From positions 1 to 61,439 of the forward strand of contig DATDSF010000020.1 in the NCBI GenBank assembly GCA_035291345.1: DNA of 61,439 nt, given 5' to 3'. Numbering within the stretch: position 1 is the first letter of the stretch; each line of letters opens with the position of its first letter. The DNA comes from Candidatus Nanoarchaeia archaeon. Its GTDB lineage: Archaea > Nanobdellota > Nanobdellia > Pacearchaeales > GW2011-AR1. Positions 52,802 to 61,232 of the stretch are shown here, one piece after another. The notes beneath the pieces are model-generated. The model was not told the DNA's origin and searched no databases. It was given only the letters and a program-made list of their open reading frames with translations. The translations under genes were made by a program, and so were the position numbers.

Positions 52802-53529
52802 TATTTCTTACCCCCTTTTCTTTTACCAGTTCTTCTCGCTCTTATAGATCCTACCTTTGCACCTGGTGGAGCATTTCTTTTAGGTATTTTTCCTAAAATT
52901 CCATGGCTTAAATTTTTACCTCTACCAGATCCAAATGGATGATCAATAGCATTAACCTTAACAGCCGAAGTTCTAGGCCATAATTTACTTTTAGCTTTTT
53001 TAATAAAATACATTTTACCAGCTTTCATAATAGGTTTTTCATCTCTTCCAGAACCAGCAATAGTTCCAATTGTAGCTCTACATTCTTCATTGAATATTTT
53101 TTCTTTTTTTGAAGGCATCATAACATAAACTTTCCCATTTTCTTTTTTTGTAATAACTGCACTAGAACCAGCAGTCTTTATGAATTTTCCACCATCATTA
53201 GGCATAGATTCTATATTAAATATAGAGATTTTTGTAGGTATCTCTTTTAATTTAGAAACATTTCCAATTTCATTATCTCCTACATTGCCTACAACTAATT
53301 TTTTCCCAACATATAATCCATCAGCAGCAGGATTGTAAAAAATATAATTACCAAGTTTTATTTTAGCTATTGGTGCTGAATGACCTGCAGAGTGTATAAG
53401 ATTAATTACTTCTCCCTCACCAGTCATATTAGAATCAAGATACTTTAGTTTATGTAAAAATGCCTTTCTTCTTACTCTATATGTAAGGCTTCCATGCCCT
53501 CTTGCCTGTGAAATTATTGTCTTTCCCAT
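52801..53529 (-). CDS. rpl2: Ribosomal protein uL2
   Basis: 242 aa with SAGHSAPIAKI, VNAIDHPFGSGRGKN and GAKVGSIRARRTG. Confidence 0.92.
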   Translation of the reverse strand: MGKTIISQARGHGSLTYRVRRKAFLHKLKYLDSNMTGEGEVINLIHSAGHSAPIAKIKLGNYIFYNPAADGLYVGKKLVVGNVGDNEIGNVSKLKEIPTKISIFNIESMPNDGGKFIKTAGSSAVITKKENGKVYVMMPSKKEKIFNEECRATIGTIAGSGRDEKPIMKAGKMYFIKKAKSKLWPRTSAVKVNAIDHPFGSGRGKNLSHGILGKIPKRNAPPGAKVGSIRARRTGKRKGGKK

Positions 53530-53530
53530 A

Positions 53531-53773
53531 TTATATCATTCCTAACTTTGTTGCAATATCTATTGCAGGATTGTTTTTATTTAATCTAATATAAGCAATT
53601 TTTATTGATCCTCTGTTAATCACATTAACCTTTTCAACTTTAACTTTAAACATTTTTTCTATACTGTTTTTGATACTTTCTTTATTTTCTTTGCTATCAA
53701 CCTCAAATACAAGAGTGTTGTCTATCTCAACAAGTCTTATTGCCTTTTCAGTATTTACTGGTTTTTTTATCAT
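53531..53773 (-). CDS. rpl23: Ribosomal protein uL23
   Basis: The ORF track runs to 53806. ATG 53773 (MIKKPVNTEKA) lies 1 nt after the rpl4 stop. Confidence 0.85.
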   Translation of the reverse strand: MIKKPVNTEKAIRLVEIDNTLVFEVDSKENKESIKNSIEKMFKVKVEKVNVINRGSIKIAYIRLNKNNPAIDIATKLGMI

Positions 53774-53774
53774 T

Positions 53775-54584
53775 TTATTTTTCCTTTTCCTGTTTATTTT
53801 TAACACCTATACTTGAAAGATCTTTTACAGCAGATTCAGTATAGACTGTTATTCTCCCTAATGGATAAAAATCATCTATTTGTAGGTCTTTAACTTTTTT
53901 AGAATCAAATATCTTAGTTTTAAGATTTTCTTCATTTCCAGTTACTATTAAAAGTCCCTGAGATACTTTATATTTTCTTCCTCTTAATTTACCTCTTCCT
54001 GATCTAAGAGATTTTTGTTTCTCAGCAATATTTTTATTATCTCCAAGCATTTTACCAATTAAACTGCTTAATTCTTTTGATTTAGCAGAAGAAATTTTTG
54101 ATTCGACAACTAATGGAAATTTTCTTAATTTTTTATTAATTGTTCCATATCTTTTAGAAACAACCTCCTCTTTTCCTGTAGAAGCTATAGCAGATTTTAA
54201 CGCGAGAATTAATTCCTTCTTGTTTATTTTTTTATAGTCTACAAACTGCAATATTTTAGGTCCATGGGCTCTTCTTCCTCCTCTTGTTCCAGAAATTTCT
54301 GCACCAATCCAATAAAATTGTGTTCCACGTCTCCACATAGTTTTTCTAGGAATTCTTGAAATACCTCTCCCATAGGCACTTCTCCATTTATGTCTTATGT
54401 GTCTTATTCTTCCTGATGCACTATGTTTTCTTCCAGCTTCAGGATCAGGACCATAAGGGTGAGCAGTTTTTTGAGCTTCAAATACTTTCTGGACAATATC
54501 CTCTCTTATTTCATCAGAGAAAAAACTAGGAAGTTCAATTTCTTTTATTTTTTCCCCACTAAGTGATATTACTTCTGCTTTCAT
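53775..54584 (-). CDS. rpl4: Ribosomal protein uL4
   Basis: The ORF track starts at GTG 54599; ATG 54584 (MKAEVISLSGEK) is more likely. Contains HSASGRIRHIRHKWRSAYGRGISRIPRK. Confidence 0.88.
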   Translation of the reverse strand: MKAEVISLSGEKIKEIELPSFFSDEIREDIVQKVFEAQKTAHPYGPDPEAGRKHSASGRIRHIRHKWRSAYGRGISRIPRKTMWRRGTQFYWIGAEISGTRGGRRAHGPKILQFVDYKKINKKELILALKSAIASTGKEEVVSKRYGTINKKLRKFPLVVESKISSAKSKELSSLIGKMLGDNKNIAEKQKSLRSGRGKLRGRKYKVSQGLLIVTGNEENLKTKIFDSKKVKDLQIDDFYPLGRITVYTESAVKDLSSIGVKNKQEKEK

Positions 54585-54589
54585 CTTAA

Positions 54590-54865
54590 TTATGCACACA
54601 TCCTTTTTTCAATTTCTTCATATGGATCAACTTTAAAGTCTTCTGGAGTGATTAATGATTCAAAATATCCAGTTACTTTTCCAAGACCAAGTATTGTAGG
54701 AAGATTTCTTGTATCACAATTTCTTGAATCTGCCATCTCTAACATTAATAAATATCTTGCTTGAACTTCTACAGGAACTTTAAGAATATGGTGATATTTA
54801 TCAGCAAGTCTTATAGCTTCTCTCAAATTTTCCATGCCAGGGTTATAATAATTTTCTCTTATCAT
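54590..54865 (-). CDS. Hypothetical 91-aa protein inserted between rpl3 and rpl4
   Basis: Composition is balanced and not low-complexity (MIRENYYNPGMENLREAIRLADKYHH...). Lies 1 nt after the rpl3 stop and 5 nt before the rpl4 ATG. I recognise no family. Confidence 0.6.
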   Translation of the reverse strand: MIRENYYNPGMENLREAIRLADKYHHILKVPVEVQARYLLMLEMADSRNCDTRNLPTILGLGKVTGYFESLITPEDFKVDPYEEIEKRMCA

Positions 54866-54866
54866 T

Positions 54867-55826
54867 TTATCTTATCTCAATTAACTCATAATTTTTTTTA
54901 TCTTGTTTTTTAGTTTTTCTTAATGGGAATGTTAATACTAAAGCTCTTTTTTGTGGACCCTGAACACTTCCGTTAAGTAAAATATAATCAGTATTTATAT
55001 TTCCAAAATGCTTAAATCCTGATGATGGATTAATATTACTTTGTTCTACACTATTAACATCAATTACTTTAAGATTGTATGTAGGTCTTGTAAACATGCC
55101 TAGCTGACCTGCTTGAGGTACTCTGAACGTTACTCTTGCAGGATGCCATGGACCTAAACTACCTGATCTTCTTCTACCTTTTTCAGCTTTATGTGATTTT
55201 AAACCAATCCCATATCTTTTTACTGCTCCCTGTAGCCCTTTCCCTTTTGTAACTCCTCTTATATCTACAAGTTGCATTTTAGAAAATACATCTATAACTT
55301 TAATATCTTTACCAAGATGGTCTTTAACAAAATTAATTTTTTCTTCTAAACTTCCTCCAAGAGCAATTTCCAATAAGTCTGGAGTTTTTTTAAGTTTAGT
55401 TTTTTTAACAAGTGAATAAACAATAACTTTAATATCATCATAATCAGAATTTTTAACATCATCAATTTTTTTATATTTTTTTGGAATTTTTAACACTCTT
55501 TTAAGTTCTTTATCAAGGTTTTGAGAAACAACCTCGCTAAAGAGTCTCTTATTTTTATAAAATCTAACAGAAAGAATTTTAACAGGTGGACATTCTAATA
55601 TAGTTATAGGGATAGAAATTTTCTTATTTTTAGTCATAGAATCTGCAGTGTTATCTTTTACATAAACACTTGCCATTCCAACTTTGTATCCAATAAATCC
55701 TAATAATTTTTTATCTTTATTATTCTCTAGAATTCCAGTCCAGTTTACACTAGGCAATAGCTCTTTAACTCTCTTTCTGGGCCAATATTGCAGGCTGCCC
55801 CTTCTGGGTCTTGATAGTTTTGCCAT
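54867..55826 (-). CDS. rpl3: Ribosomal protein uL3
   Basis: 319 aa with AKLSRPRRGSLQYWPRKR, FIGYKVGM and GVTKGKGLQGAVKRYG. First gene of the operon. Confidence 0.9.
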   Translation of the reverse strand: MAKLSRPRRGSLQYWPRKRVKELLPSVNWTGILENNKDKKLLGFIGYKVGMASVYVKDNTADSMTKNKKISIPITILECPPVKILSVRFYKNKRLFSEVVSQNLDKELKRVLKIPKKYKKIDDVKNSDYDDIKVIVYSLVKKTKLKKTPDLLEIALGGSLEEKINFVKDHLGKDIKVIDVFSKMQLVDIRGVTKGKGLQGAVKRYGIGLKSHKAEKGRRRSGSLGPWHPARVTFRVPQAGQLGMFTRPTYNLKVIDVNSVEQSNINPSSGFKHFGNINTDYILLNGSVQGPQKRALVLTFPLRKTKKQDKKNYELIEIR

Positions 55827-55884
55827 AGTTTAGTATACTGGTAAAGATTACCATCATTCCACCTATTTTATTCAGAAAAAAATG

Positions 55885-55894
55885 CTTTATAAAG
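55885..55894 (-). promoter_or_regulatory. TATA-box-like palindrome (CTTTATAAAG) upstream of the ribosomal-protein operon
   Basis: Lies 59-68 nt upstream of the rpl3 ATG. A GGTAA-AGA-TTACC hairpin (55840-55852) would fall in the predicted 5' leader. Confidence 0.35.
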
Positions 55895-55899
55895 TTATT

Positions 55900-55934
55900 C
55901 TTTTTGCTTTCTACTTTAAGCTTTTTGCTTTCTA
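55900..55934. repeat. Two copies of the 14-nt direct repeat CTTTTTGCTTTCTA, 21 nt apart start to start
   Basis: Copies at 55900-55913 and 55921-55934, read directly from the sequence. Located in the intergenic region just upstream of the putative operon TATA box. Confidence 0.7.
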
Positions 55935-55961
55935 GGTTTGCTTTAACCTCGGTAAAAATAG

Positions 55962-56663
55962 TTAGGCCTGAAAAGCAGACTCTTTTTTAGAAATATTTCC
56001 ATCAAGACTGATTTCTCTTATGATTTTTCCCTTTCTTATAGCCATTTCTCTCATTTTAGCAGGATCTTTTTCCAATTTTGGCACGATTATATCGTTAATT
56101 ATAAATGTGTGATTTATCTCAACCTTCTTAAAATCAGTTATATCAAACAATAAATTTTTAACCAAGCCTAAGTCAGAAGATTTAATTTTACAGAAATCAG
56201 GAGTTGGCTTTTTATCTCCAGTATTTGGTTTAGCTGATTTTGGAGCTTTGGCCTTTATTTTTAATTCTGTATTATCGACTGAAAATGAAAGCCCTAAAAA
56301 TGAATTTGGAAATTTATCACATAAATTAATTATATCTTCTTTTGAAAACTCATCTTCAATAATATACTGTTTAATGCCCATAAACTGTTTTTTATCTTTA
56401 AATTTTAATTCTCCAGTAAGATCTCTTGTGGAAACAACTACCCCGCTAACTTTAACTTTTTTCCCTGAGGGTATTTTATTTGCAACAATTCTTACGAGAT
56501 CAGAAGCAAATTCATAAGTTGTAGAAATATTATATCTATCTTTAACTTTAGAAACATTAATCAAAGCTTTATATCTAAACTCGCCTTTGCTGAATTTTTG
56601 AAATTGGATATGTACTAGATTATCGACCTTTCCGTCGAATATTTTCTTGATAAAGTTATCCAT
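55962..56663 (-). CDS. Hypothetical 233-aa soluble protein
   Basis: Clean ORF with balanced composition that appears beta-rich. A central Lys/Pro linker (KAKAPKSAKPNTGDKKPTPD) separates two halves. No family recognised. Confidence 0.55.
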   Translation of the reverse strand: MDNFIKKIFDGKVDNLVHIQFQKFSKGEFRYKALINVSKVKDRYNISTTYEFASDLVRIVANKIPSGKKVKVSGVVVSTRDLTGELKFKDKKQFMGIKQYIIEDEFSKEDIINLCDKFPNSFLGLSFSVDNTELKIKAKAPKSAKPNTGDKKPTPDFCKIKSSDLGLVKNLLFDITDFKKVEINHTFIINDIIVPKLEKDPAKMREMAIRKGKIIREISLDGNISKKESAFQA

Positions 56664-56735
56664 AATAAACTTTCAGAAAGCAAATATATAAATATTTTGG
56701 TAAGCTTTATATATAATAGTGTCAATTCAATATAT

Positions 56736-57758
56736 ATGTTAAGTGAAACATCAGTTAAACAGATTATTACAGGAGTATTAATTATAATTTTGTTAATTTT
56801 TGCCTTTTTGATAATAAAACCTTTATTTCTAGCAATTCTTTTCGGACTTATTTTAGCTTACACATTTTACCCAATATACAGTTTTTTACTAAAATATATA
56901 AAAAGCAGGACAATTTCTGCATTAATAACATGTGCAGTAGTGATTGCTTTACTTATTATTATCCTTTGGTTTTCAGTACCTTTACTTATAGAGCAAATAT
57001 TCCAAAGTTATATAACAATTCAATCATTTGATACTCTTGGCTTTTTAAAAAGAGTATTTCCTCCTTTATTTTCATCACCTCAAGTATCTGCTAATTTTGC
57101 AGCAGTTTATACAAACTTCTTGTCAAGCTCTGCAAATAATGCACTTACAAAAATCTCAACTCTTTTAATTGACCTTCCATCACTCGCACTTAAGTTACTT
57201 GTAGTTTTAATTACATTTTTTTATGGACTCAGGGATGGGAAAAAAATAATAGATATTCTAAAAGATACTCTACCATTTAATAGAGCTACAACAAATAAAT
57301 TTATACAAAAATCAGAACAAATAACATTTTCAGTAGTTTATGGAAGAGTTGTCATTGGAATAATAACTGGAACTCTTGCAGGAATAGGTTATTATTTCGC
57401 AGGTTTTGATAATGCTATTCTTTTGTCTGTAATAACTATGTTTGTTAGTATAATTCCCTTAATAGGGCCATGGATAGTCTGGGCCCCATTAGTCATAGGT
57501 TTATTCTTTGCAGGAAGCATTGGTTCTGCAATTTTCTTATTAATATATTGTTTGTTAGTTGTTACTTTATTTGAAAATTTAGCCACCCCTTTAGTTGTTT
57601 CAAAAAGATCTAATATACCAACATCTTTAACATTAATAGCACTTATAGGAGGGATACTTGTTTTTGGGATATTTGGTATAATTTTAGGTCCTCTTATTAT
57701 AGCTTATTTAATAATTTTATTTGAAATCTATAGAGAATACAGTGTTAAAAAAGAGTGA
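56736..57758 (+). CDS. AI-2E family transporter (PerM/UPF0118)
   Basis: The ORF track starts at TTG 56697; ATG 56736 (MLSETSV) is more likely. About 8 TM segments. Contains GRVVIGIITG and IIPLIGPWIVWAP, typical of the family. Confidence 0.78.
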   Translation: MLSETSVKQIITGVLIIILLIFAFLIIKPLFLAILFGLILAYTFYPIYSFLLKYIKSRTISALITCAVVIALLIIILWFSVPLLIEQIFQSYITIQSFDTLGFLKRVFPPLFSSPQVSANFAAVYTNFLSSSANNALTKISTLLIDLPSLALKLLVVLITFFYGLRDGKKIIDILKDTLPFNRATTNKFIQKSEQITFSVVYGRVVIGIITGTLAGIGYYFAGFDNAILLSVITMFVSIIPLIGPWIVWAPLVIGLFFAGSIGSAIFLLIYCLLVVTLFENLATPLVVSKRSNIPTSLTLIALIGGILVFGIFGIILGPLIIAYLIILFEIYREYSVKKE

Positions 57759-57762
57759 TCTA

Positions 57763-59235
57763 ATGAAACTAAAAGTTAAAAAATATAAACTATCTGCTGG
57801 AAGACCAATTGCAATAATAAATAAGGAAACGGCAAAAACGCTATTAGCCAGTTTAAATGATAGGATATTAATTAAATATAATTCAAAAAAGATAGTAGCT
57901 GTCTTAGATTTCTCTTCCCAGATGTCTGGTAAAAAAGAAATTGTTCTTTCAAGTGAAATATTAGAGTACTTGGGAATTCATGGTGGGGAAAGTGTAATAG
58001 TTGATATTGCTAAAAAGCCAAGAGTGATACAGACAATAAATAAGAAATTAAGGGGCGACAAACTCTCGAAAGAGGAAATTTTGTCAATAATTAAATCAAT
58101 AGTAAATAATGAACTAACAGAAACAGAAATAGCATTTTTTATATCAGCAATTTACGAATATGGTATGTCTATGGATGAAATAGTTTGGATGACTGAAGCT
58201 ATTTTTAAAACAGGTAAAAAACTAAACTTAAATAAAAAAATAATAGTTGATAAACATTCAATAGGTGGTATTGCTGGAAATAGAACAACTCCCTTAGTTG
58301 TTTCAATTTGTGCAGCAGCAGGTTTAATATTTCCAAAAACATCTTCTAGGGCAATTACAAGCGCAGCAGGTACTGCAGACGTAATGGAAGCTATATGTAG
58401 GGTTGATTTTTCTCCGATAGAACTAAAAAAAATAATAAACAAGACAAATGCATGTTTAGCTTGGGGAGGATCACTTGGTTTTGCACCAGCAGATGATAAA
58501 ATAATTCGTGTTGAAAGTCAAATAAATATAGATCCTGAACCAAATTTATTAGCGTCAATAATGGCTAAAAAATTATCTGTTGGGAGTAAATTTATTCTTA
58601 TTGATATTCCGTATGGAAAATATGCCAAAGTAAACAAAGATAAAGCTTTTGACCTTAAAAAAAAGTTTGAGGAGATGGGGAAAAGATTTAATTTAAAACT
58701 AAAGTGTGTTATTACTAATGGAAGTGAACCAATAGGCCGAGGTGTAGGCCCTGTAATGGAATTAATTGACATAGTAAAAATTCTTAAATGTGAAAAAGAT
58801 GCTCCTTCAGACTTAAGGAATAAATCATTATTTTTATCAGGACAAATTTTAGAGCTTGCAGGTAAATCAAAAAAAGGACAAGGGGAAAAATTAGCATTAG
58901 GGATTTTAAACTCTGGAAAAGCATTCACTAAATTTAAGGAAATAGTTGAAGCTCAGGATGGAAAGCTGGTTGAATTAAAACCTGGGAAATTTTCCCATGA
59001 AATAAAATCTGGTAAAACTTCTAAAGTAATATCAATAGATAATAAAAAAATAAATATTTTAGCAAGAGTTGCAGGTTCACCAAATGATAAAAAAGCAGGA
59101 TTATATATATACAAACATATTGGGGAAAAATTAAACAAAGGAGATGGTATTATAACTATATATTCAAGTTCAAAACATAAACTAAAAGATGCAGTTGATT
59201 TTTATAAAGAAAATAAAATAATACAAATAAAATAA
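57763..59235 (+). CDS. AMP phosphorylase (archaeal thymidine-phosphorylase family, DeoA-like)
   Basis: The ORF track starts at TTG 57721; ATG 57763 (MKLKVKKYKLSAGRP) is more likely. Contains DKHSIGGIAGNRTTPLVV, PKTSSRAITSAAGTADVME, WGGSLGFAPADD and IDIPYGK. Confidence 0.88.
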   Translation: MKLKVKKYKLSAGRPIAIINKETAKTLLASLNDRILIKYNSKKIVAVLDFSSQMSGKKEIVLSSEILEYLGIHGGESVIVDIAKKPRVIQTINKKLRGDKLSKEEILSIIKSIVNNELTETEIAFFISAIYEYGMSMDEIVWMTEAIFKTGKKLNLNKKIIVDKHSIGGIAGNRTTPLVVSICAAAGLIFPKTSSRAITSAAGTADVMEAICRVDFSPIELKKIINKTNACLAWGGSLGFAPADDKIIRVESQINIDPEPNLLASIMAKKLSVGSKFILIDIPYGKYAKVNKDKAFDLKKKFEEMGKRFNLKLKCVITNGSEPIGRGVGPVMELIDIVKILKCEKDAPSDLRNKSLFLSGQILELAGKSKKGQGEKLALGILNSGKAFTKFKEIVEAQDGKLVELKPGKFSHEIKSGKTSKVISIDNKKINILARVAGSPNDKKAGLYIYKHIGEKLNKGDGIITIYSSSKHKLKDAVDFYKENKIIQIK

Positions 59236-59245
59236 AGGGTGGACC

Positions 59246-60958
59246 ATGACAGAAGAAATTTTTATACAACTAACATTACTTATACTTATTGCTCTTGCTC
59301 TTTCATTTATAGCGAGAGTTCTTAAACAGCCACTTATCATAGCATATATATTGACCGGATTATTATCAGGCCCTATATTTTTTAACATACTTAAAAATAC
59401 AGAGACTATTCAAATTTTTTCACAGTTTGGAATAGCTTTTTTACTTTTTATTGTTGGAATTCATTTAAATCCAAGAGTTATAAAAGAGGTTGGTAAAATT
59501 TCTTTGATTACTGGAATTGGACAGGTTTTATTTACATCTATTGTTGGTTACTTCATAGGAATTCTACTTGGACTTTCTCCAATGTATGCATTATATGTCG
59601 CTGTTGCCCTCACATTTAGCAGTACAATAATAATAATGAAGCTTCTCTCAGATAAAGAAGATCTTGATAAGCTATATGGTAAAATATCAGTTGGGTTTTT
59701 AATAGTGCAAGATTTAATTGCTGTTTTAATATTAATGGTTGTATCTTCATTTTCAAATAATTCTAATGCTTTAATGGATATTGGAAAGACACTTGGGCTT
59801 GGATTTATTATTACTGTTGCCTTAACTTTACTAAGTCTTTTTATTTTGCCAAGATTAGACAAGATCTTCTCAAAATCTCAGGAATTTTTATTTATATTTG
59901 CCATTGGGTGGGGTCTTGGTATAGCAGCATTGTTTTTTTATATGGGCATGTCGTTAGAAATAGGAGCTTTAATTGCAGGAGTTTTGCTATCAGTATCCCC
60001 TTATTATCAGGAAGTCTCCTCAAAACTAAAACCTCTCAGGGATTTTTTCATAATTCCATTTTTCATAATTCTTGGTTCACAAATAGTTTTTCAGGATATT
60101 AGTATGTTTATTTGGCCAATTATTATTTTTTCTTTATTTATTCTCGTAGGAAATCCACTTATAGTAATGGTTTTGATGGGAATTTTTGGATATAGCAGAA
60201 AAACAGGTTTTATGGCAGGGTTAACTGTTGCCCAGATAAGTGAATTTTCAATGATCCTCGTAGCATTAGGGGTCAGTCTTGGACACTTACCATTGAATAT
60301 TTTATCTTTAGTAACAACTATTGGAATGATAACAATTGCAGGTTCAACATATATGATTCTTTACAACGAAAAACTTTACTCTTTAATAGAAAAACCATTA
60401 AGAATATTTGAGAGAAAGAAAATAATTGAAAGAGATACTAAAATTGATCAAAATTATGAATATTTCTTATTAGGTTATAACAGAATCGGGTTTTCAATTC
60501 TGCAGGCATTTGATAAGATAAACAAAAAAGGAATTGTTATTGATTTTAATCCGGAAATAATAAAAAAACTCTCAAAAAGAAAAATACCTTGCGTATATGG
60601 GGATATAGATGATTTAGAATTGCTGGATCAGCTTAAAGTTCATAGAGCAAAGTTTGTGTTATCAACTGTGCCTGAAACAGACACAAATTTACTATTAATT
60701 AAAAAAATAAGAAGTGTAAATAAAGAATGTGTTATAATTGTTACATCAAGACAAATAACTGATGCATTTAAATTATATAACGCAGGAGCAGATTACGTAA
60801 TTCTTCCACATTTCTTAGGTGGAGAATATACAGCAAGATTAATTGAAAAATATGGTGCAAATAGAGATATGTACGAAAAGGAAAGAAAACAAAATATTAA
60901 GGACTTAAAAGAAAGAGAAAAAGAAGGTCAGAAACACCCAATTGTAGAAAGAGATTAG
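59246..60958 (+). CDS. Monovalent cation:proton antiporter (CPA2/Kef-type) with C-terminal RCK/TrkA-N domain
   Basis: 570 aa. N-terminal 12 or so TM segments with LKQPLIIAYILTGLLSGP. The C-terminal Rossmann-like domain begins at LLGYNRIGFSI. Confidence 0.85.
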   Translation: MTEEIFIQLTLLILIALALSFIARVLKQPLIIAYILTGLLSGPIFFNILKNTETIQIFSQFGIAFLLFIVGIHLNPRVIKEVGKISLITGIGQVLFTSIVGYFIGILLGLSPMYALYVAVALTFSSTIIIMKLLSDKEDLDKLYGKISVGFLIVQDLIAVLILMVVSSFSNNSNALMDIGKTLGLGFIITVALTLLSLFILPRLDKIFSKSQEFLFIFAIGWGLGIAALFFYMGMSLEIGALIAGVLLSVSPYYQEVSSKLKPLRDFFIIPFFIILGSQIVFQDISMFIWPIIIFSLFILVGNPLIVMVLMGIFGYSRKTGFMAGLTVAQISEFSMILVALGVSLGHLPLNILSLVTTIGMITIAGSTYMILYNEKLYSLIEKPLRIFERKKIIERDTKIDQNYEYFLLGYNRIGFSILQAFDKINKKGIVIDFNPEIIKKLSKRKIPCVYGDIDDLELLDQLKVHRAKFVLSTVPETDTNLLLIKKIRSVNKECVIIVTSRQITDAFKLYNAGADYVILPHFLGGEYTARLIEKYGANRDMYEKERKQNIKDLKEREKEGQKHPIVERD

Positions 60959-60989
60959 AAATATTAACTTATACAAAATTAAAAAGGAA

Positions 60990-61071
60990 CGCCGCCGCCC
61001 GGAATCGAACCGGGAAATCCCGAAGGAAACCTGCTCTCAAGGCAGGCGGAGTACCATTGTCCCACAGCGGC
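60990..61071 (-). tRNA. tRNA-Ser (anticodon UGA), type II with long variable arm
   Basis: Folded by hand. Acceptor GCCGCUG/CGGCGGC (one G-U pair). Anticodon stem CCUGC/GCAGG with loop CUUGAGA. 15-nt variable arm. T arm CCCGG-UUCGAUU-CCGGG. Discriminator G. No encoded CCA and no intron. Confidence 0.88.
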
Positions 61072-61095
61072 ACATTTATCTGAGAATAATTTAGT

Positions 61096-61106
61096 TTTTA
61101 AATATT
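61096..61106 (-). promoter_or_regulatory. TATA-box-like element upstream of tRNA-Ser
   Basis: The minus strand reads ATATTTAAAAA, about 25-35 nt upstream of the tRNA 5' end. This is the usual archaeal TATA spacing. Confidence 0.45.
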
Positions 61107-61232
61107 GAGATTAAATTGTTTTTAATTTTAATTTTAATCTTTTTGTAAAAGAATTATAATTAGAAGTCTGAAAAGGCTCAGCGTAACTACTATCTGTAAG
61201 AAGGTCTGTTTATCTATTTTAATAAAATAAAA

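Noticed and set aside
527-59862. Many ORFs in the six-frame track lie antisense to, or out of frame within, confidently assigned genes. Examples: 527-1099(-), 2052-2675(-), 4867-5121(+), 8183-8425(+), 10759-11049(+), 20798-21070(+), 32109-32498(+), 32529-32834(+), 36159-36574(+), 38372-38689(+), 46192-46633(+), 48391-48681(+), 49711-50214(+), 50552-50935(+), 58152-58928(-), 59548-59862(-).
   Set aside because: Each is fully nested in a gene with strong family motifs on the other strand or in another frame. Their translations are dominated by Phe/Ile/Leu/Ser/Asn, as expected from reading AT-rich coding DNA in the wrong frame. None has recognisable motifs.
61072-61232. Possible small ncRNA between tRNA-Ser and the P1 gene. 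The patch is slightly G+C-richer and has near-repeats AGAAGTCTG / AGAAGGTCTG.
   Set aside because: I found no C/D-box (RUGAUGA...CUGA) or H/ACA architecture and no convincing stem-loops. The region is adequately explained as the P1 terminator (T-tracts) plus the tRNA promoter.
60959-61232. tRNA-Ser as an integration hotspot or mobile-element boundary.
   Set aside because: There is no integrase, no transposase and no direct repeat of the tRNA 3' end anywhere in the window. The flanking genes are ordinary housekeeping genes.
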